From Geosiphon pyriformis uo1 (lineage: Eukaryota; Fungi; Glomeromycota): a stretch of DNA of 64,000 nucleotides. The notes under the pieces are model-generated. The model saw only the letters and a list, made by a program, of their open reading frames with translations, was not told the origin of the DNA and searched no databases. Positions 1-12,977 of the stretch are shown here, one piece after another (within the stretch, counting starts at the first letter, position 1; each line of letters opens with the position of its first letter). Location of the stretch: NCBI GenBank assembly GCA_016748015.1, contig JAAOMT010000703.1, forward strand, positions 680,255 through 744,254, written 5' to 3'. The position numbers and the translations under genes are program-made.

Positions 1-640
1 AATTTTTTAACAATCACAAGCTTCTCTTGAGATGTTTTCTCAACAACTTTATTTAAACCAATATCCAGAGCAAATAATTTCCTAACAGACACATTAACCA
101 GATTTTGTAGCAGAAGAGAAAGAATCATAGGAGCATTCAAAAAAATGTTATTATTATTAACATCATCTAAAAAATTAATCTTCTCTAACAGTATATCCAG
201 AGTCTTTTTTATTACCAATCTTGGACTTTTTGGCATCTGATTGGAATCACTCTTATTGAACAAACTTCTTTTACTATAGTTTATACTGGTCTTCTTTACA
301 AGACACTTTTCTTTTATATCAACACTATTAGATTTGGTAGTATCATCTGTTTTAAACTTCCAAGAGCCATCAACTGCTGTTTTAGACAAGACTATTTCAT
401 GAACAATACCATCTTTCAAAACACCACTTTTTCTCTTTTTTCTAGAAACAATATCTTTTTCATTACTATTAATACCAGAGTCTTTAACAGACTTCTTCAT
501 TACAGCAATACTACAGCCAATAGTGGCCTTGTAATCAAGCAAAAAAAATTTGGATTTATGATACTGAATTGTAGAAACTTTTTCAAAAAACTTTTTAACT
601 CTTTTTTGAGAATTTTGAATGAAGAAGAGAAAGAAGTTTT
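1..640 (-). mobile_element. 5' portion (5' UTR and start of ORF1) of a decayed autonomous-type LINE, running off the left edge of the window
   Basis: The reverse complement starts AAAACTTCTTTCTCTT and aligns by eye with the LINE 5' ends at 13503 and 54879. Its ORF1 peptides match the 13595-14200 copy (e.g. KINFLDD, FALDI, KVVENISR). Confidence 0.8.
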
Positions 641-2674
641 TTAATTTTATTATTATTTTAACTATAATTAATCTTAGCTAATTTAAAAATTTTAATAAAT
701 ATAATAGTTTTTTATAAAAAATTAAAATAAATAGAACATATTTTTTAAAATATTGTTTTTAAGATCTTAAATAAATTAATTTAAAATTTATAATATTTTG
801 TATTAATAACTTTGATTAATAATAAAACCCTTTGTCTCCTTAATTTTATGATCATAACTAGAATAAAGAGTAAAAAAACTGTACCTGATATCTTTCTTAA
901 GATATTTTATAAAATTTCAACCAGAAAAGCTCTCTCTGTTGTAGAAGCAATTAAGCAGAATGTTTTAAAAGCCTTCCCTTTACTTAGTAATCATGAAAAG
1001 CTGCCTTTGGTAGCTACTAAAGCAACTTTTTCATCTTTGGCTGGTTTTTTACTAGTCAAAGTTTCTTTAAAAAGACACACTTGGGTTAGTTCTAGTGTTG
1101 TCTTTATCCCAACTAAGAGCCCAAAAGTTTTTAATAATAAATCTGTAAACAAGCTGGTCTTCCTTTTTCTTGCTTCAACACCTAGTGCTACTAATACTAC
1201 TTCTTCAAAAAATATGGTCAAAAAGACCAAAAGTTTAGGAAAGTGAGAACAGTTGCTTGCCTCTGCTATTGTTACACTGAATCTTTTTATGATTTCCAAT
1301 AAGATCTTAGATAAGATCTCTATAGCATTATTTGGCACATTATTTAAGATGGGCCAAAATTAACTACTGGCTGTATTGCCTAATATGGTGTCTTTTGATA
1401 GATTATTGCCAGTTTTAGAAGCAAAACAATCATCTCTTGTGATGTTATTTGTTCTTAAGAATAGGGCTGACCAAATAGAAACTAAATCATCTCCTCCTTT
1501 GGTTTTTGGTGCTGTTACTAGTGGTGCTTGGGAAACTATTACTAGTTGTCAAAAGTTTGCTGGATGGATGGTCTCTATTCTGGTGCCTGGTGCTATTTTT
1601 AAGATTAAATTGGCTTATGTTAAAGCTGTTTTTCAGTTAGTACATGTTTTCTTGAGTGCAAAGTCAGTATTAAAAGACAATATAAAGCTGTTTTGTATGG
1701 AGTTTGCTTCTTAAGTGTCTTTGGAAGCTGTATTTTTGGTTGAACTTACAAGCTCTGTATATTTGGCCACCCTCAAAATTGCCAAGTCTTTGGTAATTTC
1801 TGAGTTTGGTTCCTCTTTTGCTGCTGTTGTGCTGCATGATGTGCCTTTAAGTGTGTTTGCTACTGATATTAAAACAGCTCTTAGTGTGTTTGGTGGTGTT
1901 ATTTATGTTGTGCTGAAGTCTGCTGGCATTTGACAGTATGTAATGGTTTATTTTAAGAAGTTGGACTTTGCTGTATCTGCTTTGAGTTATTGGTTAGTCT
2001 TAGTGAATAAGGATAGTATTAGAATTCTCTTTCTGGTAAATCAAAATAAGACTATTTTGTTTTGTGATAAGTTTAAGACCAAGCTGATCAATTTTTCTTT
2101 TGAATGTACAGCTTTTGAAATTAATGATATGATTTCTTAAGTTAGTGGTTAGACATGTTTTATCCCTCATTTTCTTAAGTCTGATTATTATTTCTGGTTT
2201 GCTTTAGTTACATTTGGTTTTCAAGCTAATTTAAATTCTGTTATTATCAAAACTGAGACACTAAGAAAATGTTGTATTTGGTGGGAAACTTTTGGTTGTT
2301 AGTATTGTTTCAAGTGTCAAGAGTTAAAGCATCTGGCTGCAGACTGTAAGATTTTTCTATCTCTTCCTTTCAAGTTTTCCAAAGTGTTTACATCATGTTT
2401 TGTTGATCTTAAGTCTTATGTCAAGGCTTTTGCTTCTTTGAGCTCCTCTGGATTCCATCTCTGTTGTTTCTTGCCTCTTCTCTAGTTGTTGTTAGTAATT
2501 CTTTGGTGCTGTCCCAATTGTTGTCTTTAGAATCTGATTTAATTAAGCTTTTTGTATTGATTGAGTCTATTGTTAAGCCTATTGGCTCTTTGGTTACAAC
2601 TTTTAAACAGTTTATTAATAATAATTTGGTTTCAAGTAGTACTTTTGGTTTTAAAATCAATAAGGTTTTGGTGC

Positions 2675-3602
2675 TGTTATAGGTGATTCTTTGGGGTGTT
2701 AAGTAAATAACAAACCTGTAACTTGATGCTCAAGGCAATTGGTGATGATGATAATCTGAAAGTATTTTATCTGAAGGTTTTCCAATTGAGTTCTTTGTAT
2801 AATAGACAGAGATTCAATGATAACAGTTTATTAGTAGTTTTCTAAAACCATAGTTTTGTTGATTGCTTGCTCAGCTTGATAGTTGATAATTCTCCTGGTG
2901 TAATATCCTCTGTAAGTGTATACTAGTGCTGTTTCCTGACATCAGTTCTTTCATAAGTACTCCAAGAGTAAGTATGATTTAAGCAAGTTTATTTCTCCAT
3001 AAGTCCTCCAAGAGTAAGTATTTTTTTAAGTAAGTTTTATTTCTCCATAAGTCCTCCAAGAGTAAATTCTTTAATCAAGTTAGTAGACAACAAAGAAAAT
3101 AAAGAAAGATAAAAGAGAAAATAAGAAATAAGCCAAGATAATTTGTAAGTTAGTATCCTGTCAATAGCCATGATTAAGAGCTATTGTTCCAGTATAATTA
3201 AGTATCAGTTACTATCAACATGAAGTGTTGATAGCAAAGAGTGAATTTAATATAGTGAATAATTATTTATTTGAGGATTGTAGTAGCTAGGCTAAAGATG
3301 CTTGGTGTCGATTCTGTCTTTTCTACTTCTAATACTACTGTTATATATACATATTTGAGATTCCTCAATTCTTCAATTTCTTGCAACAGAAATCCTGGAG
3401 TTCCTGGAATCCTGCGATTCCTGATGAGAGAAATCCTAGAATTCTGGAATTCTGCGATTTCTTGTCGGAGAATTCTGAAATTCTTGAAATACTGCAATTT
3501 CTCTGAGAAAAATCTTGGAATTTCACATTTACTACGTCTACATCTGATTGGCTAATATCTACTGACTAATAATACTATGTTTCCTATATTCTATGAGTAA
3601 CA
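2675..3602 (-). repeat. 3' LTR of element 1
   Basis: TGTTATAGG...GAGTAACA, collinear with 12058-12977 and adjacent to the PPT. Confidence 0.95.
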
Positions 3603-3617
3603 TTATTCCCTCTTTTT
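3603..3617 (-). promoter_or_regulatory. Polypurine tract of element 1
   Basis: Minus strand AAAAAGAGGGAATAA immediately before the 3' LTR. Confidence 0.85.
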
Positions 3618-4275
3618 AATATTGAGCTCTGTTGAAATCTAATTCCTTTAATTTCTCTTCTTGAATTATTTCTTAAACTTCTTTTTCAAGTATTACTTGT
3701 GTTATTTTAGTTTGTAGTTCTTCAAATTGGGTGTTAGTCATTTTTCCCAATTGATTACTTGTAACTGTATCCATTGCTGTATTGAGTAAAATTTTTGGTT
3801 GGTCTTGAAATCCCATATATAGCCGGTAAATGACTCGAGCTTGTGTGGTTAGATTGTTCTTTCTCACAAATTGTTCCAGTTGTTTCAGTATTGTTGTGTC
3901 GAATAACTATTTTGTTTTGTCAGTGTACAAATTCTGGATATTTACGTGTTGTTCCAAGTGGAAAAAACAATAGTTTTTTGGAAATTGTTGTATCCACCAA
4001 GTCCAAGTTTCTCTAGTAAGTTCTTGGTATAATCTGACTATTTGTTGTTCTTTTATGGCCAATTTTATCTTGGTCATGATCTTGTCAATAACATTTTCAA
4101 GTCTTTTCTGTGCTTTGTTTTGTGGTATCTTTGCCATATTTTTGTAACGAATGGTTTGTTGATTGATTGTAATTTTTATTTCCTGGTGTTGGATTAATTG
4201 AAAAATTTGTTGGGCTAGTGAATGAATATTGTCCATAATTTCCATTTTTCTGATTTCTTCTATTGCATCGACCAT
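3616..4275 (-). pseudogene. ORF3 (env position, unknown function) of element 1
   Basis: ORF-track pieces 3907-4302 and 3673-3867 are in one frame with two internal stops, and are homologous by eye to 25815-26534. Confidence 0.7.
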
Positions 4276-4343
4276 GTTCTTATATATTCTTTTGTTGATC
4301 AATTGGACATATTGTTGTCAATAATAATAATTGGTTCCAGATC

Positions 4344-5681
4344 TCATGAAATCTCATCTGATTGGACTAGTATTCTCTGTACTCCTAACTGTGGAATATT
4401 ACTGGTGAATAATGATGCTATATGGTAGTATAATTTCAGTCGATCTCCATGTGCTGCTTTGGTCAAGATTTTGTTATTCAATCTTAATTTGTAAGCTTTA
4501 TTTCCTAGAATTTCTTCTATGTGAAATGGTCTGTCCCATTTGGGGTCAAATTTTCCACTCCATTGTTTTTTCACTTTGGTACAATGTAGTAGTACTTTGT
4601 CTTCAATTTTGAATTCAACTGGTTTATCTGGTAGTTGGTTATCATGTCTTTCTTTTTGTTTTTCTTGTGATTTTTGTATGTTATCAGCTGCTTTTTGTCA
4701 TTTGTTTTCTAATGTTTTCATTAAGTTATATGTTTTTTTCAACAATGTGTTTTTGAAATTCTCTTTTGTTATTGGTTTGGTTGGATATGTGCTGACTTTT
4801 ATTTTCACTGGTAGTATTGCTGTTCTACCATATACTAATTCAAATGGTATTGCTTATATAGTATTTTGCTTCATTGTCCGATAAGTAAATAGTACTGATG
4901 ATATCAACAAATCCCAATCATTCTGGTTTTCTTGGCTGAGCTTAGCTATTGCTTTACACAATGTTCTATTGAATCTTTCGACTAATCCATTGGTTTGTGG
5001 ATGATATGGTGATGATAGTGGTCTCTTAATTCCAAATCTTTGGCTCAATTCTGTTAATGTTTTGTTCACAAAATGAGTTCCTTGGTCTGATAATAATTTC
5101 TTTGGACATCTGTGTTAACAAATTAAATCTTAATGAATGAATTCGGCAATGGATTCTGCATCCACTCTTTGAATTGCTTTTGCTTCTGGCCATTTAGTGA
5201 GATAGTTCATGGCTACTGCTATGTACCTGTTTCTTCTGCTGGTAATTATTAATAGTCTGACTAAATCAATTCCAATATGGTCAAATGGTTGTCTCACTTT
5301 GATTGGTCTTAATGGTTCACTGGATTTCATACCTCCTCTTTGCTGACAAGCATCACAATTTTGAACATATTGGATGATGTTTGGATACATTGATGGCCAA
5401 TAGTATCTTTTTCTGGTTCTTTCCATGGTTGCTTCTTTGTGAAAGTGTCCTGCTGTTGGATTTGAGTGCATGTTGAATAATATTGTCTCTTTTTCTGGCT
5501 CTGTAATTACTCTGGTTGGTTGATTTGGATCTTTTCTATTTTTTTGATAAAGTATATTTTGGTGAGTGATAAAATATTTTGATTGTTGTTTGATACTCTT
5601 TTATTCTGTTTGAGATAAATTTTCCTTGAACTGTTAAGTGTTTATATAATGTTGCAGTTGTTGATATTTTTGTATGTTTAT
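4344..5681 (-). pseudogene. Stand-alone integrase ORF of element 1
   Basis: HHCC (MHSNPTAGH...CDAC), DDE core (GIDLV, SDQG, GLVERFN) and GPF-type motif (KWDRPF). The start is ATA (inferred ex-ATG) at 5681, 210 nt upstream of the HHCC Met, exactly as in element 2. Confidence 0.9.
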
Positions 5682-5743
5682 CTTTTGTTATATTTTTCGT
5701 TGGTATTGTTCTGGTTTTGTTATATTTTTGGGTTGAAATGTTC

Positions 5744-8700
5744 TTAGATTTGTCTCATTTGTGACAAACTGTCAGCATTTCCGTTGTCTTTTCCTTTTTT
5801 ATAATGTATAGTATAATTATATGGTGTAAGTGCCATTTTCTATCTTGATTGTCTTCTATCTCCAAATTCTTGTTTTTGAAGTAATGTTAATCCTTTGTGA
5901 TCTGTGTATACTTTAAACTTCTGGCTCAAGTATTTTTTCTATTTCATGACTGTTCAGTATATCATTAAGTATTCTTGTTCCAGTGTTCCATAGTTCTTTT
6001 CAGCTGGCATTAAACCTCTGCTGGCATATGCTATTGGATGTTCTCTGCTGTCTGGTCCTTTCTAAGATAATACTGCTCCCAATGCTTGGCTGGATGCATT
6101 GGTGGTAATGATGAATGATTTGCTGTAATTTGGATAGATCAGTACTGGAGCTTAAATGAGCTTTCTTTTCAGAATATCAAAAGCTTCTTGTTGATTTTCT
6201 GTCCATTTATATTTTGTATTCTTGGTTTGCAGTTGGTTGAGTGGCTGCACTATCTTGGAAAAGTTCTTGATAAAATGTCGATAGTAGCTGGCAAATCCCA
6301 AGAATGATTTCAGTTTTGTCATATTGGTTAGCACTGAAAAGTTCTTTACTATCTCTATTTTCTCTGGATCCGTTTTGATGCTGTCTTTGCTGACTATGTG
6401 TCCCAAGAATTTTAGTTCTGTCTTGCCGAAAAAGCACTTTGTTGTATTTAATTTTAGTCCTGCTCTTCTTAGTCTTTCAAACACTTGTTGAAGATAATGA
6501 AGATGATCATCAAATGTTTTTGAAAATACATTGGTGTCGTCCAAGTATACAACTACTGATTTCCACAATAAACCAGTATAAATGATTTCTATTAGTCATT
6601 GAAAAGTTGCTGGGGCATTGGTTAAGCTAAATGGCATTACTTCAAATTCGAAATTCTTTTCTCTTGTGGTGAATACCATTTTCTCTTTGTCAGCTAGATC
6701 TATGGCTACTTGCCAGTAACCACTGTCTAGGTCTAATGTTGAGAACCATTTGTTTCCACTGAAAGTGTCAAATAATTCTTAGATCCGTGAAGTGGGGTAG
6801 CTATTTCCACAAGTTACTCCATTAAGTTTTCTATAATCCACACAAAAGCAAATTTTCCCATTTTTTTTTCAGATGAGTACCACTGGTGATAACCATGGGC
6901 TTATTGATAGCTGAATTAGCCCGTTGTCAAGCATTCAGTTTATCTTTTGATGGATAATCTTGTGGCTAGCTGGTGGTACTCTGTATGCTCTTTGTTTAAT
7001 TGGCATTATATCTCCAGTCTTGATCTGATGCTAGATGATGTCAGTTTGGCCAAACTCGTTTTTGCTGGCAAAGATGTCATTGAAATTGTTGAGCAATATC
7101 TTAAGTTGTATATGTTAGAGAGGATCTAAGTTTTCCATGTTTATTTGTTCCAATTGTTCTGATTAGAGCAAATAACATTTGCTTTATCTGTATATTGTTT
7201 GTGATGTAATATCAACATATCCACAAAGCTGTAGAAAGTCCAGAATGATGCTTGGTGGTTGATTCTCTATTTTAGTGCTTAAGTATTCAATGGTGGTTTC
7301 GGCTGGTATTACTATGACATTTTCTGTGTTATTGTAGATGAGAATTTTGATGTGGCTGTAATTTTTGGCTGGTATATAGAGATTGATGAGTCCAATCTCT
7401 CTTAATTCACAAAGAGTTGGTTCTGCTTCAAAAATCTGATTCTGTTCTTTTACCTTCTGCTTTATCCCTATCATATACTGGCTATATAGTGGAATAGAAA
7501 TTGCTTGACCCATTGAGATAATTTCTCCTTGGTCAACAATTTCTTCTTTAGCTATATTGACTGGTATATCTACTTTACCTATTAATCCGAATCCCTGTAT
7601 TCCTCTTGCTGTTATTTCTAATTCCTTCCTCTTTCCCACTACTACTAACTGAGCTACTCTAACCAGAGACAGGAATATTGCCTGTGCTAACTTTTCATTG
7701 GGCTCTATTATATAGGCTTTTTCTGAGTTATTTTGTAGCATAGTGATGATATTTCCTACATATCCCATGTCAATTATTCCTCCTCTTATATTTATCCCTC
7801 TTTTCGTTAGACTACTCTTAGATGCTAATTGAACCATTGTTGTTGCTGGAATTTCCAGTGCTATTTTCAAATCAATGCAGGTGCGTGAATGTGGCTTCAA
7901 TTTGATGGCATCTTTTCCTAGATATCTCAGATCAAACCTGGCATCAGTATCATGTATGCATTTTGGCCTAATACCTTCATTATTATCACTGAACCATTTA
8001 AGTTCCTGTTCCTTGGTGAGGTCAGGAAGTGCAATATATTGTTCATAGTTTAGATTGGAGTTTAAATCTGAGTTGGAATCGTTGTTATTGCTATCACTAT
8101 TTTAAATGGAGCTGGAACCAGTGTTTTTGTCATTGTCATTGTTAGAGTTTGAATTGGAATCGAACAGTGATTCTGATTCCGATGTGCAGCTGCTAATTGG
8201 TTTTTCTTCCTCTGAGATCATGTAGATCATGCAAATTAGTAGATTGTAAATGAGATCACACTCATTACAATATTGAAAGTCACATAGAATCAAACAGTGG
8301 TCACATAATTAAGTGTTTAGCTGTGCTAACTGTTCTTCCTGTTCCTTTCTGGTTGGTGCTAAATTTTGATAATGTTTGTGGAAGTCTTCTGGGTTGGTCT
8401 CAATGTTGACGAAAGCATCTGAGTTGGAGACTAAGATAATGTTGACTGGTTCTGGAGAATTGTTTTTGATTTCCAAGATTTCACTGGACATGGCGCCTTT
8501 TACTTTGGTATTCGCCATCCGCCAGATCTCATCTTTGTCATGTGGGTATCCATCTAGGCAAGAAATCACTTGGTGCCAAGCAGCAGTTATTGGCATACCA
8601 CGACTCACCCAGTCACTGATGAGGATTGTGTACTGGCACAAAGTGTTGTACATTTTTCCTCAACCAAGAATGTTGTTCCACATTCTTTCATCGAGCAACT

Positions 8701-11700
8701 GTTCGCCACAAGTAAGACATGGTTTATTGTCCCACTTGCCTTGTTTTTTTGGGTAGCCATACCATTTGCAGTGGCAAGGCTTGCAATAATAGTGGGTTTG
8801 CATTCAGTAATCTTTATCTGGTGTGACCCAAGCTCCCATGGAAGAGAGTTTCTTCTCATAATCTTTGCATTTAAGTGGTATGTATGGTGGTTGTAGCAGT
8901 GGTTTATGGACAGAGTACAAACTTGTCCAGCCCCTAGTGGTGTCTTTTGTTGATTCCATTTCCTCTGGTAGGTTGTCTTCTCTTTCTTTTCTCTTTCTTT
9001 TCTCTTCCCAACTTAATGTAAGTGGCAACTCATTTTGGTTGTCGTCAATTCAAGTGCCAATGGTGGTTTCCTAGATATGTTCTTCTTTTTGCTTTTCTTT
9101 TCTATAGTCGTCTTCATCCCAGGCAAGTATGAGTGGCAGTTCATTATGGTCGACGTCAGTCCACAAAACCTGATATGCTTCCCATGTTGGTTTCTTTGTT
9201 TTCTTTTCAAGTTCGATCAGTGGTTGCAAGTTGGTTGGTTTAAAGTGGTCGCATACTGCTGGTGTTCAAGTATGTTAACCATTTTGGCTCAGTTGAAGCT
9301 CTTGCATTGTCCAATTGAGTATGGCATTTGTTTTGGATAGCCAATTATTTTCAACAAGAGCTTAATACTGAGTGGCTTCTATCACAAGAACTTTGATGGG
9401 TATCATGATGCCATTAATTTTGATAGGTAGGTTGTCTATTTTGTCTATTAGAGTTTGATTGTTCTATCAGCTGTAATGATTTTTGCACTGGCAGTTTGGT
9501 CAACTCGGCAATCTAATTGATTCATGAGTTGCTTTGTTATGATGCTGCCAGCTGATCTACTATCCAAGATCAGTTTGATGGCATGGTCATTGATTTTGGC
9601 ATCCATATACATAGTGGTGATTGGCTTTTCTTCTAGAATTGCTCTACTGAATAACAGAATTTCGATTGTTTTTTCCAAGTTGAAGGGAAAGATGGCTGCA
9701 AGCAATTTGTTGTTGGTGACAGTTGCTGGTGGAATGTTGTTGGTTGGATCCCGAATGGTTGGTAATGGCATCTTCTGGGATAACCAGGAGACTTAAATAG
9801 TTTTGGAAATTCGGGTTTTGGGTGGTACTGGTACCTGAATTCTGAGAATATGATCCTGATGGTAAGTTGGAAGAACTGGAGATTGGTTAGTGGACAACCA
9901 TCGCCGATTTCTAGTTTTGTGTGATTCTAGATCTGGGGTGGCTTGATGTCATATTAACTGAATTTTGGGGCAGTATCTAAATTGATTGGGATTGATAGAT
10001 TACTTGTGGCTGTGGCTAATATATTATGGGTGGCTGTGGTTGATATATTGCTGGTGGCTGTGGTTGATAAATTGGAGTCTGATATACTGGTGTTTGGTAA
10101 ATTGGCTGCTGCATCATTGGCAGGTAAGTGTTTTGATATTGTTCCTGATTTTGTTGATATCTTGGAGTTTGAAATTGACAATCAGAGTTTCTATATTGAT
10201 TTCCTGATCACTGGTGGTTATAAGCATTGCAGTTTGCTCTGATGTGCTCTTATTTACCACAGTTGTAGCAGATATGCATCTCTGACTGCCACTGCTGATT
10301 GGCCAATGTTGAAAGATGTGCTTGATTTTGGGAACAATTGTAGTTTCCTAAATTGCTGTATCATTGAGGTGGTTAATAAATTGCATGATTGTCAACTAAG
10401 TATCTTTCTAATTTCTGATTAATTGAATTACTGGATTGTTTCAATTTGGAGTCCAATTCAGATGATCCATTCATTACTAGATTAACGGCTTAGATGTGGT
10501 TGGTCTCGGACTCAGCTGATTCGAAATTTCTGGCACATGTGACTGCATCTTGAAGGGTGTTTGGATGCAACAGGCATACATGTTGCAAGATGCTGCTGTG
10601 CAGACCATAGATAAACTGGTTAAGAATCTGTGGTGCTGTAAAATAGTTGGTGTCAATTGTCTGGATCTGGTGCAGATTTCTATGAAAGTGTCCCAGGTAA
10701 GTGGTGACTGCTTTAGTTTTTCTTTGTTTTATGGTGGTAAATGTATTGATTAAGTGGTTGATACTGTTATTGTTGCTGAAGTATCTTAAAAATTCCACTT
10801 TGAAGACATTGAAGTCTTGTGGTTTATTGATCCAGCTCTGATACCATGAATTAGTGGTATCTTTGAGAAAATAGGGAATGGCTTGCATTGCTCAAGCATC
10901 ATTCCATCTATTGGCTGCGATGGCTTTTTCCACATCATTCAGCCATACTTGAGTATCGTTTTCTTTGCCAGTGAAATTATCCAGTTTCGCAATTGGTATG
11001 TAGATTATTGGATCTAAGTTGAGTAGTTGTGGTGGCTGTTAAAGCAGTTGTTGATTTTGTTGAGGTGGTAGTTGAAGTGGCTGCTATATGGGTTTGGCTA
11101 TTGAATCAATTGGTAATTAATCGATAATGATTACCGAAGGTAAGTTTGGTTGATTAATTAGATTGGGGTTTCAGTTATCCTGAGTTGGCAGTGTCTGAAT
11201 ATTCAGAGTTTCAACTTCCGAATTTACTGAATTTAAATTTTGCTGGTTCTGAAAATTTGGGGTTTCAAATTCCGGTTTTTCAGTGATCAGATTCTGGTAA
11301 GTGAATTTTTGATCCTTAGTTTCTTTTTCTTCCTTTTTTTCTGATTCCATTATCTCCCACAGATCAGAGATTCCAAAATCTGGTGGAGGTGGCAGTGATC
11401 AAATTCCTGATAATGTTAGTGATCACGATTTAAATCCTTTGAAATATTTGCCATATGGTCCTAATAACTCCACTTTTCTTTGTTTACTTTAAAATGACAA
11501 TCATCCAAATGTTAATGTTGTGTTTGGTGTAGACGTGTCTGTTAATATAATATTAATAATGCTTCCAGATGTGTGATGATATGATGGATATGGTGGGGAT
11601 TCAATTCTTTGTTTCTTCCAGGTTGGTAGTTGTATCTCTTTAGGCATTACTGCTGGTGTTTGTAACCTTTCTTTGTCTTTATCTGCATAGGTGATAGGAA

Positions 11701-11995
11701 ATTGTTGTTGAGTGTATCTTTTAATAGTTTGGTTGATTTCTTTAATTATTGGTGTGAAACTATAGTTCCTTGGTAAGTTGGTGTGTTGGAATAATTCTGT
11801 GTAAAAGTTTTCTCTTGCTGCTTCAATGTTAACTGTTCCTCCTAAACATTCAGTGATTTTGTCATTGATGTAGAAGTTGAAGGCTGATTTGGCTGGGTAA
11901 TGATTACTGTTTAATCCTAATTGTTGGTTGTATTGTTGAAACAAGGATTTTGCAAATTCTAAATGGTTTGCTCCTATATTTTCTGATTCTGCCAC
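5744..11995 (-). pseudogene. gag-pol of element 1: N-terminal helical region, Gag, aspartic protease, Cys-rich domain, dUTPase, RT, RNase H
   Basis: Gag (AIPYFLKDTTNSWYQS), protease (LILDSRSAGS), dUTPase (DARFDL, GGIIDMGYVG, RGIQGFG), RT (VYLDD), and RNase H ending NADSLSQMRQI*. Many premature stops. Confidence 0.92.
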
Positions 11996-12038
11996 TTTTG
12001 GTTTGTTCTTATTGGTGCTAGTTCTCTATAAAATTATA

Positions 12039-12055
12039 CCTTACAGGGAGCACCA
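12039..12055 (-). promoter_or_regulatory. Primer-binding site of element 1
   Basis: TGGTGCTCCCTGTAAGG, 2 nt after the 5' LTR, complementary to a tRNA-like 3' end ...CTTAC-AGGGAGC-A-CCA. The tRNA identity was not determined. Confidence 0.85.
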
Positions 12056-12057
12056 AA

Positions 12058-12977
12058 TGTTACAGGTGATTCTTTGGGGTGTCGAATGAATAACAAACCC
12101 ATAACTTGGTGCTCAAGATAATTGGTGATGATGATAATCTGAAAGTATTTTATCTGAAGGTTTTCCAATTAAGTTCTTTATATAATGGATAGAGATTCAA
12201 TGGTAACAGTTTATCAGTAGTTTCTTGAAACCATAGTTTTATCGATTGCTTGCTTAGCTTGATAGTTGATGATTCTCCTGGTGCGATATCCTCTGTAAGT
12301 GTATACTAATGCTGTTTTCTGATGTCAGTTCCTCCATAAGTCCTCCAAGAGTAAGTATGGTTTAAGCAAGTTTATTCCTCTGTAAGTCCTCCAAGAGTAA
12401 GTATTTTTTTAAGTAAGTTTTATTCCTCTGTAAGTCCTTCAAGAGTAAATTCTTTAATTAAGTTAGTAGACAACAAAGAAAATAAAGAAAGATAAAAGAG
12501 AAAATAAGAAATAAACCAAGGTGATTTGTAAGTTAGTATCCTGTCAATAGCCATGATCAAGAGCTATTGTTTCAGTATAGTTAAGTATTAGTTACTATTA
12601 ACATAAAGCATTGATAGTAAAGAGTGAATTTGATATAGTGAATAATTATTTATTTGAGGATTGTGGTAGCTAGACTAAAGATGCTTGGTGTTAATTCTGT
12701 CTTTTCTGCTTCTAATACTACTGCTATATATACATATTTAAGATTCTTTAATTTCTCAATTTCTTACGACAGGAATCCTGGAGTTCCTGGAATCCTGCGA
12801 TTTCTGATAAAAGGAATTCTGAAATTCTGGAATTCCTTGTTGGAGAATTCTGAAATTCTTGGAATCCTGCAATTCCTCTGAGAGGAATCTTGGAATTCCA
12901 CATTTATTATGTCTACATCTGATTGGCTAATATCTACTGACTAATAATACTATGTTTTCTATATTCTATGAGTAACA
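12058..12977 (-). repeat. 5' LTR of element 1
   Basis: TGTTACAGG...GAGTAACA, collinear with 2675-3602. Confidence 0.95.

Larger units (their letters stand above)
2675..12977 (-). mobile_element. Ty3/Gypsy-type LTR retrotransposon, element 1 (subfamily A), full length and inactivated
   Basis: Direct LTRs at 2675-3602 and 12058-12977 with TG...CA ends; TSD GTGC at 2671-2674 and 12978-12981; PBS and PPT present; domain order gag-PR-dUTPase-RT-RH-IN. Confidence 0.95.

Noticed and set aside
2946-3070. CRISPR-like or micro-exon array (repeats containing GTAAGT)
   Set aside because: The spacers are themselves near-identical, the context is a eukaryotic LTR with no cas genes, and the implied ~37-nt introns would end in AAG.
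3271-3555. 94-aa ORF repeated at 12654-12881
   Set aside because: It lies in the LTR, antisense to the element, is built from the U3 tandem repeats, and its frame is not conserved between the two LTRs.
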